A DNA stretch of 60,708 bases from Psammoneis japonica (lineage: Eukaryota): contig QPGO01000123.1 of the NCBI GenBank assembly GCA_008632985.1, forward strand, positions 186,001 to 246,708, read 5' to 3'. Shown piece after piece: positions 25,400 to 38,083 of this stretch. The position numbers and the translations under genes were made by a program. Every line of letters begins with the position of its first letter. Position 1 is the stretch's first letter. The notes below the pieces were generated by a model that was not told the origin of the DNA, ran no database searches, and was given only the letters and a program-made list of their open reading frames with translations.

Positions 25400-27070
25400 G
25401 CAGTCACAGATTCGTGAACTGCTCTTCCATGCGGCGGGTGGTGAAGCTGCAACAAGATCTGGCTTGTCCTGGGGTTGGTGAAGACTGAGATTGAGGACAG
25501 ACAGGCCAGTGTTGAAAAGGATGAAGAGACAATCCTTCAAAGTGAACGAGAGACTGGCTTTGCAGCTGTGAATGTGTTGATCAACAACCAGCTCCGTGAA
25601 TGGGTTTTGAACATCATTTGTGGGTTTGTCGCCAATGAAGACAACTCACAGTCACCAATGGTTGGGCAACTTAACAAGTTCAGGACTGGAAACAAAGCCA
25701 GCATTGTGATGATGGATTTTCATTGGTGTGGTGTGGCTCTGAAATTGTTTCACATGAGTCTTGAATTTTCCAAACAAGACATGTTTGGGAGCAACCATCC
25801 CTCCCTGGCATCCACTCACCACAAAGTTGGCTTTGCCCACACACAAAAAAGGGAGAATTCAATGCTGCAATTGAGAACACATCATGACAGCATGCAAGGT
25901 GCAAAAGTTGTCACTCTCAGGGATGGATCACCCTCACACTGCCAATTCATGCAGAGCCTTGGCCCATCTTAAGTTGGCAGCAGGAGAAACAGTGGAAGCA
26001 GATAAAATGGGAATCAAATCCCCGCAAATTGAAGAGGACATCCTTGATGGGTGAGGGAAATTGTGGTTTGCCCTTTTGCACAAGCCAGTTGGGCAAGCAC
26101 ATGTGAAACAAGGAAACCTTGTTGAAGGGATTGTTGAGTGCCAGTCATGTCATGCTTCACAAGTGGAGAACTTTCAGGGCTGTGATCATCCAGAGGTTGC
26201 ATGCACCCTTTGTGACATTGGAGCTGCTCTTTTGTGTAATGGTGTCTACAAGCATGCCCTGGCTTGTTTTCTCAAAGCCCAACCAGTTGTTGAGAAAGTC
26301 TGTGGATCCACAAATGACAAAGCATTGTTGCACAATGCTCTGGTTCTTAATGACATGGGCACATGCATGAGCAAAGTGGGCATTGTGGATGAAGCGCCCG
26401 AGGCTCACAAAAAGAGTTTTGAAATGCAATTGTTGGTTTTGGGTGAGGTTCATCTGCTTGCAGCTGATTTTCTCAGCAACTTGGGGGCTGCTTGTCCCAG
26501 CAGGGGAAGAATGAAGAATCCATTGTGCTGCATGACAGGTGCCTTGAGACAAGAAAACAGTTGCATGATGTGGGACATTGGCTCATCAGTCAGAGTCACT
26601 TAGACCTTGGAGTGGTCCACCTCAATGTCAATGACACATGCATTCTGCAGATTGAGCATTGGAAGATGCCACTGAAAATCACAAGACTTGTCTTTTTAAC
26701 AACTCAGGCCTTGGCCCAAAGCTGTGTTTGTCCAAAGAAGCGAGGCCTCACTCTGAGAGCCCATTGAGTTTCATGGGGCATTCAACAAGCATGTTTGTCA
26801 GCGAACTGTGATGAAAGATGTAAAAGCATCTCCTGCATGGCTCATGTCTTTTGGGTGAGAGAGCATGTCACACTGACGGGGTTAACAAGTCATGCCCAGA
26901 TGAACTCTCAGTGTGATGAAATGGTTGAGGTGCATGGAAAGAACCCCAGTGGTTGGTTCATTGTCAAGCTGCACAGAGTTGAGGGATCGCCATTGGAAAT
27001 GAAGAAGTTAAAGCTGGCAAATCTGATGCTTGGTGCTTGGCACAAAAAGTCACAATTTGCACAACATTGA
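25400..27070 (+). pseudogene. Decayed kinesin-light-chain-type TPR protein gene
   Basis: Fragments FGSNHPSLASTHHKVG, DHPEVACTLCDIG, LVLNDMGTC...LLVLGEVHLLAADFLSNLGAA fit TPR_10/12-type repeats, with stops, frameshifts and His/Cys at expected Tyr positions. Confidence 0.7.
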
Positions 27071-29259
27071 TGTTGCACTGTGCTGCAAGTGCAGGCAGTG
27101 GCATGCACATTTTTCTTTTGAATTCATGATGACTTCATAAAATGCAACGCATTCTTCAATCTTCAGGGCAAACCAGAGCCACTCTTTTGAGAACACAACA
27201 AGGACATGCATCACATGCAAAGTGCTCACACTCATTGCCAGAAAGGGAGGACATGGGCCAAAATGCAATGAACCACATGCACAATTGTGTGCAATGATGG
27301 GGGAAAGAAGGGTTTGCCTTTGAAGGAAATTGTTTCCAAGACAGTTGACTTTGTCTTTAAAACTCCAAACTGCCCCATTCTCACCCTCAAGTCTCCACCA
27401 AATGGCCACACTGTGTGGACCATCTACATTGGTGCAAAAGCAACCAAAACAACCACAGCAAGCAACAGACCTTGACCTGTGATTGAGGCAAACAAATGCA
27501 GCAGAAATGACATGTTTCTGGATGGAACCATCAAGATGAGCCACCCTGTTGGTTGCAGTCACAACAAAAAGTCAGCATTGGCCAACTTGATCCTTGCAAC
27601 CTCCACATTGTTTGCACAGTGCTTTTCACTGCACCCACTTGGACAATGAGCAATTTTTTCTGTGGCAACATGGTTGTTTGTTCAACAAGGAGGTCCAAGT
27701 CATTCATTGGATGGTCCAAGCACTTGAGCAGCAGGCAGGTCAAACCAAGTGATTTTGGAGGAGAGTTTCACATTGTCTCATCATGTTGCTTGTTGCACCA
27801 ATGCACAACCTGAGACTGAGGTGAGCAGCAACTGAACATCAGCAGAGCTCTGGTGGAAAAATTTGTGTGAAATTTTGAATTTGAAATGCCCGCAAATCAC
27901 CCACCAAGCAAAAGGATTCCCAAGTGGAGCACAGCTTCCCAGCTGTTTGTCAATTGCCGTCAGCATGCAGATGTGCACTGTGCCCCCCCTCCCCCCAACA
28001 AAATGCCTGTTGATCTGCCAATGATGTCCTTCTGCTTTTTAACATCATCATGACAAATGCCTCCAAATTAACTGGAGCTGTTGTTTGTCTCATTGTCTTG
28101 ACAAAAAAGTTGTTGTGAACCCAAAGTCCCCATCAACAGGATTTTGCCTCAGCAAAATTGGCTCCTGAACAGAGAAAAGATTTGGCCAAGACACATCCAA
28201 CATCTCCCCAACAACATTGTCATGCAAACCAGCACAGCTGGCCACAAGGCAGCTGGCCATTGGTTCTCCATGTGTTGATCACCCAACAATGCACCACCAA
28301 AGAAGAAATTGTCATCTGCATCATCATGAAGTGTCCACAGAACCACAAGTTGATGGCACCTGCAGCTCTGTCAGTTGTCACTGCTTGCTCAGGACATGGC
28401 AACTTCTCAGGTTCTCATGGGGGGGAAGCCATGGCATGCACAAATGCCCCTCAGCCATGCTCTATCCAGCACCACTGTTGTCATTTTACAATCAATTGGC
28501 AAGTCATTTTTTGGCAAAGCTTTGTTCTCCTTTTGTTCTCTTTGTTGCTTTTGGCATTGAGCCCTTTCACAATTTCCACACAGCAAAAAATCCATGATTT
28601 GCACATGGCGTGGACATGACAAGACTCTCATCTTCTGATGTGTCAGATTTTGAGTTGTCCACATCTGGAAAATGTTGTGGCTCTTGTTTAAAACTTGCTT
28701 GTGCCAAACAAGAACCCTGGGTTCTTAACAAGTGCTTGTCAATTGTGAACAAAGCAAACCCAATGATTGTTTTTACATTCCAAGTGGGAAAATGTGCTCA
28801 AACTGCAGGTCTCATTGTTTGTTCAATCTTGACAAGATTGCAACCACAATGATTTTGACATGACTTGGTTTGTGTCCACAATCAATCAAACACAAAACTT
28901 GTGACTTGCAATGCATGTTCTTGACAAGGGTGCAATTGCAACTGCTTTCTAACATTGCTCATTTCTGACAATGACAACATTCATTCTGTGTCTCATTGCA
29001 ATGCTTGCACATTGACTGTGTGCTGATTGCAGTGTGATTTGTGCCAGCTGTGTTTTGTCATTCTGCAGTGAATGTGTTTTTGCTTCATGTTTCCTGCTCT
29101 TCCCTCCCAGGCTCTGTCTTGTCTCCTGCCAGTGCTCCCATGCTGCAGTCATTCTCTGTGTTCACCACATGATGGTGTGACATTTTGCTCATTGCGTCAT
29201 CCCTTGCAACTGCTCTCACTCACCACAACCATGTCATTCACTCCATGTCATGACCTTGT

Positions 29260-29540
29260 CTCTTTTGCTCATCATGCCAGTTTGCCAAAGCTTTGCCTGC
29301 AAAGAAGAGAAAAGGGCTTGCAACAGACCAGAGCATTGCATGTGTCTTGTTTTGAATGGGCTTGGCTTGGCACAAATGGCGTTTCTGCTCACCTTTGTGC
29401 ATGACTTTGTTCTTTTGTTCATTGCACCAGCAGTTTGCCAAAGTGTTGCCTGCAAAGAAGAGAAAAGAGCACACAACTGAGGAGAGCATTGTGTGTGTTT
29501 TGTTTTGAATGTGCTTGGTGCAAACGCTGTTTGTGCTTGC
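29260..29540. repeat. Tandem duplication, ~153 bp period
   Basis: gtttgccaaag..ttgcctgcaaagaagagaaaag...agagcattg...ttgttttgaatg occurs at ~29280 and ~29433. Confidence 0.75.
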
Positions 29541-30283
29541 CATTGTGTGGCCCCTGCAGGGCCGTCTTCCCTTCTGGCTCTCCTTGCATGTCAACATGTC
29601 TGAGTGGAAAGATTGGCAAAAGTGCCAGTTGTTTGCATTTGCCAACTCAGTTCCTGCCTCTCTCTCACCTTGTGTCCTGCATTGTCATCCCCCCCCCCCC
29701 CCCCTCAGCTCTTCTGTTGCCTTCCCTTCCTGCTGTCATTGTCATGATGTTGGATGAGCACTGTGTTTTGCATTTTGTGTCTTGTGAGGCAATGATGATT
29801 TGTGCTTTTGCAGCAAAGTCAAGCCTGTCTGCCTGGTGATTCCTGTCAGCATTGCTTTTTAAGTGACAGCTCTGTTTTAAAAGTCCAAACTCACATTGAG
29901 TTTTGAAGGTTTGAATGATTTTTGAAATGACTTGAATGAATCATTCAGTCATTGAGGTTTTGAAAGTGTGTCACCATCTCATTTCAATGCTGCAGGACTT
30001 CAATCTCCATGTGCAATCTGCACTTGATGCCCTCACAACCGCATTTTCTTTTTGGTGTGTTGCAACAATGCTGCCAAAACAATGTGTGAACTCCCCCCAT
30101 GGAGGTGGTGGTGGCCACCCTTGTGCTGCCAACTGTTCCAACACCAGTGGTGCTCTTGGCCATGGTGGTGCAGGTTGGGCTGACACATCTCAAGCTCAAC
30201 CTCAGCCACAACAGTGCAGCAGGAGAAGCCCTCAGAGAAACCAAGGCTCTGCTGCCAGAGCTGCTGCAGCAGCACCAGCTGAC

Positions 30284-30760
30284 AACCCAGCAACCACTGC
30301 CACTGCTGCTGTCTTTGTCAACAACAAAGCTGCTGCCCACCATGCCAATGTGACCAACAAAGCCCCCCAGTGCTCTCCAGCCATTCCACCCAAAGATCTC
30401 AAATTTCCCATGCACATTGGCACAAAATTCCTGTGATTGTTGCTGCATCCCCTGGCACACAGTGGAGTCCACTGTGGCCATCCCAAGACAACTGAGCACT
30501 TGCATTGTCACGCAGATGGCTCCAACCCAGCAACCACTGCCACTGCTGCTGCCTTTGTCAACAACAAAGCTGCTGCCCACCATGCCAATGTGACCAAAGA
30601 CCCCCAGCACTCTCCAGCCATTCCACCCAAATGTCTCAAATTTCTCATGCACATTGGCACAAAATTCCTGTGATTGTTGTTGCATCCCCTGGCACCCAGT
30701 GGAGTCCACTGTGGCCATCCCAAGACAACTGAGCACTTGCATTGTCATGCAGATGGCTCC
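30284..30760. repeat. Near-perfect 240-bp tandem duplication
   Basis: aacccagcaaccactgccactgctgctg at 30284 and 30524, with near-identity continuing to gcagatggctcc. Confidence 0.9.
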
Positions 30761-32065
30761 CTTCTCTCTGCAAGGGTGTGGTGGCTGGTCCAAAGCCAGT
30801 CATGTCAGAAAAAAGGGGCCACGTTGACACAAGACAAGGCCTTTGCTCCCCAACCAGCAAGGTTGTTGTTGGCTCCCTGCCAGAGACACAATGGAGTCAC
30901 AAGGTCATTCAAAGACAACTGGGCACTTGCATTGTCACACAAAAAGCTCAATTGGTGGGGTGGCTGTGGCAAATCCAGTCATGTCAGAAAGAAAAGGGGC
31001 TGCGTTGACTCAAGACAAGGCTTTTGATTCCCAACCGTGGTTGTTGCTGGCTCCCCTGAGATGCAATGGAGTCAGCACCCAGTGCCATCCAAAGACAACT
31101 GGGCACTTGCACTGTCACACAGAAAGCTCTCTTGTCTCTGAAGGTGGGGTGGCTGGGGGCCAAAGCAAGGCAGTCATCAGCTGCGTCAGAAAGAAAAGGG
31201 GCTACATTGGCCCAAGACAAGGCTTTTCCTTCCCAACCATTGTTGCTGTTGCCTCCTGTGGACCCAATGGAGTCTCTTGTGCCCATCCCAAGACAACTTC
31301 TGAGTGCTTGCACTGTCACACAGATGGTTCCCTTGTCTTTGCAGGTTGCTTGTGGCTGGGCCAAAGAACCCAGTCATGTCAGAGAGACAAGGTGCTGCAT
31401 TGACACAAGACAAGGCCTTTGCTTCCCAACCATTGTTGTTGTTGGCTCCTCTGGGATGCCATTGAGTCACCAAAAATTCACAACAAGACAACTGAGCACT
31501 TGCACTGTTGCACAGATGGTTTTCTTGTCTCTGCAGGTGGGGTGGCGCTGGGCCAGCCCCAGTCATGTCAGAGAGACAAAAAGGGCTTTGTTGACACAAG
31601 ACAAATCCTTTGCTTCCCAACCATTGTTGTTGTTGTTGTGTTCTCTGGGACCCAATGGAGTCATTCAAGGCCATCCCAAGACAATGGAGCACTTGCACTG
31701 CCACACAGATGGTTCCCTTGTCTCTGCTGGTTGGCTGGACCACCAACAAAGCCAGTCATGTCAGAGAGACAAGGTGCTGCATTGACACAAGACAATGCCT
31801 TTGTTTCCCAGCCATTGTTGTTGTCAGCTCCCCTGGGACCTGTTGGAGTCATCCAAGGCCATCCCAAGACAATGGAGCACTTGCACTGTTGCACAGATGG
31901 TTCCCTCACTTGTCTCTGCAGGTTGCACGACTGGGCCAAAGCCAGTCATGTCAGAAAGAAAAGGGGCTGTGTTGACACAAGACAAGGGTTTTGCTCCCCA
32001 ACCATGGTTGTTGGCATGTCCCTGACAACCCAATGGAGTCCTCCAATGCCATCCCAAGACAACTG
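30700..32065. repeat. Diverged tandem array of about 7 units of ~180-200 bp
   Basis: Recurrent ccatcccaagacaa..gcacttgcactg..cagatggttcc..ccagtcatgtcaga..ttgacacaagacaa..cccaacc, anchors near 30716, 30905, 31085, 31283, 31485, 31671, 31859, 32049. Confidence 0.85.
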
Positions 32066-33269
32066 CACACATCCTTTGCCACATCTGTGGGCCTGATCCT
32101 TGCACACCTTGTGCAGCTGGGCATCTGTCATCAAACTCACTGCCAGAATGTTGACCACCAAATTCCATGGGCAGCAGCATCCACCAGAGTGGGGTCACCA
32201 ACATGTCGGAGAGACATGGCCAAGTTTCCTGCCACTGGTTCTGTGGCATTGTTGTTGTCACCATCATTCAGAGTCTTCTCCAGCTCATTGCATGGTGCAC
32301 AAAAAATCCCTCACCCATCAACAGCAATGCCAACATTGCCACCCACCCTGCCGTTGTCCACAAAGGTGCCAACCTGCTTGCTGAGAAGGACAGGATGGGT
32401 GTGCTTGTCAAGAGTGAAACCAAGGGTGAAAAAGTTAACCAAGTTGTGTCATTTCATGCAGAAGCAGGTTTTTGGTTCTGGTTGCCTCCAAAATGGGGTG
32501 CAGCAGTGGCAGATCCAGGGCGTTTGTGTCCACTGGTGAGCTTCACCACCAAAATTTGAAAGTTCTGCCTCCTCTTGGGCAATCTCAAACCAGACTTCAC
32601 ATGATTTGTTGGGTTGCCGGAGCCCCCCCCCCCACACACACACACACTCAGCACGTCGAACAATTCTTGCAGAAGCTGTGTTTTGTCAAGGGTGGTGTCA
32701 ACAATCCACAAGAACTTGAACCACACTGATCAATTGAACATGAAGTGAACCCTTTGGAACAGAGGATGTGTGGCCAATGAAATGCAGCCATTGTTTTCAT
32801 TTTGCGATCATGGTGACAGGAAAGATGAGACATTCTTTCCAGTCTCTGTCATCTGGCAATGGCTTTCCAAGCAGCAGCACCATTGCTTGCTTCATGAGAT
32901 GCAAAGACCATGCCTTGGTCAGTTTCTTTGGCAACCACAACAAGAACCCAAGCAACTCTTCCTGCTGTTCCCAGTGTGTCTCTTCCTGCAGAACTGGAAC
33001 TGTGCTTGCCAAAGTCATTGTCAGGGTTCAGGCCAAAATGGAAAAAAGAAGAACACTGGGGATGCTGTTGTTGTTGTTGTTGTTGTTGTTTTCGTCATCA
33101 GACATCCAACCAGGGACAGAGTGGATTGTGACAGGTGTGTGCCATTGTTGTTGGTGGATGTTAGATTGGAGGATGAGTTGTGCAGTGTTCAGCAGAGAAA
33201 AAGGACAAATGCAGCAAAAACAGAGCAAAACAAAGGCACAGAGCTGACAAGTGGAAGGAGAAGGGGACA

Positions 33270-34575
33270 AATGAAGCTGTTCTTGAGAAGTTGAAAACAA
33301 GGACAAAATGAGCCACACAGGTGACTTGCACAAAGACAGAGATCTGCAAAATGGAGGGAAAAGGGAACAAACACAGCTGTTGTTGACAAGTTTAATGCAA
33401 GGACAAAATGAGCCACACAGGTGACTCACCACAATGCTTTTGGGCCGCCTCCGCATGGCCATTGCTGTGATTTTTGACAAAAACGCTGACAACCCACAAA
33501 ATCAAATTTTCTTCTTTCCAAAATGCAGACATGTGACACAACTCAAGTCAACCATGGGATCGGTTGCAACAACAGCAACATTTGTCACCAAGTGCAAGAA
33601 ACACCTGGAGAGTGTGTTAAAACCTCATTGTGATCACAAGGTGTGGGTCCCAAAGAAAGGCATCTTCATTCAATGCCTCCAATTGTCATTGCAATGACAA
33701 ATGTTTTGAAGGGCCAAAGTGGAGTGCATTGTGCAGGCACACTCATGACTTGGACAGCGCATTTGACAAAAATGATGAGACAATCCTGGGCAGCAGTGTC
33801 ATCAGGGAGGTGTCAAAAATCCATGTAAGTTCCAGAGGAGCCCCAAGCAGCAGTGGACCTTGGGGGTCCTGTGAATGTGCCAGCCAACCAAATTGATTCA
33901 CAGCATGGCTTGGGTTGTTCACGTTGTCTGCAAAGAGGCATTTTCAAGTGGCCGGCGCTTTTGAGATTGGGGTCAAACTGTAGAAAATGCCACCTGCAAC
34001 AGGTGAGTGACAACAGCTGGCCAGAACCCTTCTGTCGGACACTCATTTTCATCATTTTGCATGCATGGAGTGATGCACAGTTTGTCAATGATGCAGATTG
34101 AATGCTTTGCAATGATCCAGAAAGCGTCTGCCACACAGAAGGGTGTTGAACATGAGCAACAGCAAGAAAGTCAATGAGCACAGTTGACCCCATTCAACCA
34201 TGAAAGTCAATTTGATCCAGCACTTGGTGAGTGCACACCAGGCAGCTCTCTCTGCTGGGCTCCCAGAGCAATGGAAATTGTTGCTGCAATGACAAGAGCA
34301 GCTTTCTCAAAAAGCAATTTGACAGAGAGTGGCACACAGACTGGTGCTGTCAATGGCCAATTGTGGCTGGTGGCTGCACGCCATGACCTCAAGGAGATGC
34401 AACATGCCATGACAGATTGAACCAGCAAACTCCATTGTGCAGAGAGAAAACACTCACATGAGCCACGCAGGTGGCTCAAACAAAGACAGAGATCCGACAA
34501 ATGTGGGGGAAAAATGAATGAAGCTGTTCTCAACAAGTTTAAAATGTGGGGACAGAACAAGCCGCAAAGGTGACT
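33270..34575. repeat. Short dispersed repeat, about 3 copies
   Basis: ggacaaaatgagccacacaggtgact at 33301 and 33401; related gagccacgcaggtggctcaaacaaagacagagatc...atgaagctgttct at ~34460-34530. Confidence 0.55.
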
Positions 34576-35518
34576 TGATGAAATGAGCAAAAACATTTGA
34601 TCATTTGTGACTCTTGAAAACTGTCGAGAAACAAAATTGATGTCCACGCAAATGGAAGATCTGTGGAAATGATCAGCACAAACATGAAAAAGTTCAATTG
34701 TTGGCAAGCGACGCTCTGGCTGAGCACGGAAACATGATGTTGCAGACACAGGCAAAATGACACTGCTTGTTTTCCCTTGTTGCTGCACCCAAAATCATTT
34801 TCAAAATTCTCCTTGTTGTCATCAGACATTGCACGGTGTGGAAACACACTTGTTGTGCAAGCCTCGTGAGTGCGGATCAGTGTCAGAGGTGCACGCTCAA
34901 TGCTGTGTTGGAGGGAGTGCAGGAGTGCTGCTTCCCGTGCAAAAATCTTGATCTGGAGTGCCGTTCCAACTGGTCACGAGATGCGAGAGACACTGCATGT
35001 TGTGGTGTCGGAATTTTTGACAACGATGAATTTACATGCAGCAGGGCCCTGCTGAGTGGAGTGGTTTGTTTTTTTGGATGAACACTGAAGGGCCCGGCAA
35101 TTGCATGTACAGTGCTGCACAGTACAACACATGCATGCCACCCAGTGCGAGGCAGTCTAACGCTCATGTGTTTTAACTGTCACGAGAAGCCCGTTGGTGA
35201 CTGCATGCGTTTAAATTCGAATTCAATAACGGGCCTATTTCAACATATATGTGAACGATTATTTGATGTTGTGATCGTTGATTTTTGAATGGTATATTAA
35301 AAATTTCAGTACTGATTACGAGAACCACTATGGTAATATTATGCCTCCAAGCGATGATTCGATTCTTCACCTTTCCAAGCCACATCCAATCATAACATAT
35401 TTACACGGTAACATCGGACGGAGTTCATCTCACAAGTTTGCGCTAAAGCAAGCCTTTGTCATTGATATTCTATTTGCAATTTCTCTAAAACACGTGTGCT
35501 GTACTTTCGAACTCGACA

Positions 35519-37551
35519 ATGGGCGCATCGTCAATGGCAAAGCTCATGTTGCTTGCTCTTGCAAGCCACAGCTGTATGCCTGTCTGCGGTACCCCACTAC
35601 TACGACGACTCCTGCGCAATGGTAAAGCTTCAACCATCGGAACAAATCTGAGCGAGGAGTTTGGCATTGCCGAGGACGAGCAGTATTGGGATAGAATTCT
35701 ACAGATGAGTACTATGAATCCCACACCGTCATGCTCTCCCTTTGACTTTTATGCTGTTGAAGCCATTTATGATGAACCTGAAGATGCGTGCACGTTCAGG
35801 TACAAGATCAACAAGGATAGCGAGTGGGAGACCAAACGATTGGATGACAGTGTCATTATCTCCAACGGTGGTGACACTGTCACGTGTCGGGAAACGAATA
35901 ACCAGACTTGTGATGACATCAAGCTCAACTTGGACGCCAACATTGATCCTGAAAATGTAACATGGAATGGCGATAATGGAGAAGAAGAAGCAAAGTCGGC
36001 TAGAGTCAAGTGGGGCACATCAGAAGCGCTGGAACTTATTATCACGAAGGTAGGAGGAACTGCGACTAGAGAAGACTTCGAGAACCTTTTCCTCCAATAC
36101 GACGATCGCCCATTCGATGACGAAGTGATTTTCAACTACACGCTGGATGGAGTCGAGTACGAGATCGTGTTTGAAGATATCGTTCGCCAAGGTCTCATGG
36201 TGAACTTCCAGGCCTGCGTGGAAGTGCCCGACGTTTTCCCACTCCCGGCATCTATCGACCTCAATCCTGAAGAAGAAGTGGCTTGGAAAATATACTGTAA
36301 CTGTGACTACGAAGAAGAAGAGACATGCGAACCAAATTCAGCCAAGATTGAACAGGCCTCTATCTTCTTTGATTTTTCAGATGATTGTACACAATTTCCT
36401 CCGCCACCACCACCACCGCCTCCTCCGCCGCCGCCTCCTCCTCCACCTCCGCCGCCACCGCCGCCACCTCCACCCCCGCCGCCGCCGCCGCCACCACCAC
36501 CGCCTCCTCCTCCTCCTCCGCCGCCACCACCACCACCGCCTCCTCCTCCGCCGCCGCCACCTCCGCCGCCGCCTCCTCCGCCGCCACCACCACCGCCTCC
36601 TCCTCCNNNNNNNNNNNNNNNNNNNNNNNNNNNNNNNNNNNNNNNNNNNNNNNNNNNNNNNNNNNNNNNNNNNNNNNNNNNNNNNNNNNNNNNNNNNNNN
36701 NNNNNNNNNNNNNNNNNNNNNNNNNNNNNNNNNNNNNNNNNNNNNNNNNNNNNNNNNNNNNNNNNNNNNNNNNNNNNNNNNNNNNNNNNNNNNNNNNNNN
36801 NNNNNNNNNNNNNNNNNNNNNNNNNNNNNNNNNNNNNNNNNNNNNNNNNNNNNNNNNNNNNNNNNNNNNNNNNNNNNNNNNNNNNNNNNNNNNNNNNNNN
36901 NNNNNNNNNNNNNNNNNNNNNNNNNNNNNNNNNNNNNNNNNNNNNNNNNNNNNNNNNNNNNNNNNNNNNNNNNNNNNNNNNNNNNNNNNNNNNNNNNNNN
37001 NNNNNNNNNNNNNNNNNNNNNNNNNNNNNNNNNNNNNNNNNNNNNNNNNNNNNNNNNNNNNNNNNNNNNNNNNNNNNNNNNNNNNNNNNNNNNNNNNNNN
37101 NNNNNNNNNNNNNNNNNNNNNNNNNNNNNNNNNNNNNNNNNNNNNNNNNNNNNNNNNNNNNNNNNNNNNNNNNNNNNNNNNNNNNNNNNNNNNNNNNNNN
37201 NNNNNNNNNNNNNNNNNNNNNNNNNNNNNNNNNNNNNNNNNNNNNNNNNNNNNNNNNNNNNNNNNNNNNNNNNNNNNNNNNNNNNNNNNNNNNNNNNNNN
37301 NNNNNNNNNNNNNNNNNNNNNNNNNNNNNNNNNNNNNNNNNNCACCGCCTCCTCCGCCGCCACCGCCACCTCCGCCGCCACCCCCGCCACCGCCTCCGAC
37401 GCCCACGCCGTCTCCAACTCCTGCACCTACCCCAGCGCCTTCTTGCGATGGAAAGTGCCTCCCAGAACCGAACCCTGCGCCTCCTGTTCCTAACAGGAAA
37501 CTCCTTGCCAAAAAAAAAGTCAAGGCTGTTGGCGTGATATGTGGAAAATAG
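35519..37551 (+). CDS. Secreted acidic protein with very long polyproline tract spanning an assembly gap
   Basis: Signal-like KLMLLALASHSCMPVCG; D/E- and Cys-rich domain; CCN codon run from 36398 into the gap and out again, then TPTPSPTPAPTPAPSCDGKC...RKLLAKKKVKAVGVICGK* ending 37551. Confidence 0.8.
36607..37341. other. Assembly gap within the (CCN)n tract
   Basis: Run of N flanked by ccg/cca/cct repeats. Confidence 1.
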
Positions 37552-38083
37552 TTCAAGACAACGAATTCAGATTAGTACTAGCGTGTTCGAATCACCGTAA
37601 CTATTGGCATAATAATAAAAAAGAAATGGCAAAACATTCCTGTAGTTGAGCATCCAATACCAAGATATTTTCCTATGTTCTGGAAGTGCGTGCCGTTGCC
37701 AGTTGCCGACGATCTCATGAACATCAAGTTGTTTGGAGACGCAAGTTTTGCTCCTCAATCTAAGAATCGTGTGCCATCAGTTTCTGCCGCGTGGTTGAAC
37801 AAGCTACTACTCTATCATTTTGTATTTTGCAAAACTATTCCTGTGTAAGGAAATGTCTTTCTTGCGGCGGAGTGGCGATGGAATAGGTAGAATAGACAAG
37901 GTGTGTGTTCCATATAAAACTAATCCTGTAAGAAAAGAATCTAGCTAGTGCCCTTCTTAAGGCGCGAAACCGGAGGCTTTCGGACCCCTGTTAGAGAAGA
38001 AGTTCCCGCACCGTACAGTTCAGGTAAACCCACCGGATTCGTTACCACGCATTAAACATGCAAGTAAGTCATATCCTCCCGAG

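Larger units (their letters stand above)
21450..35050. other. Large CpG/TpA-depleted degenerate block (pseudogenes, tandem repeats, probable TE relics)
   Basis: ~13.6 kb with very few TA/CG dinucleotides and no intact ORF. Confidence 0.85.

Noticed and set aside
30700..32065. CRISPR-like periodicity
   Set aside because: Whole units are homologous with no unique spacers, no cas genes, and a eukaryotic context
21450..35050. Many 60-270 aa ORFs on both strands in the degenerate blocks
   Set aside because: Loss of TA removes TAA/TAG stops and inflates ORF length; the products are His/Cys-rich with no intact domains
36303..37556. Alternative-frame poly-Arg/His, poly-Ala/Ser/Thr and poly-Gly ORFs
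   Set aside because: Shadows of the CCN polyproline tract extended through Ns
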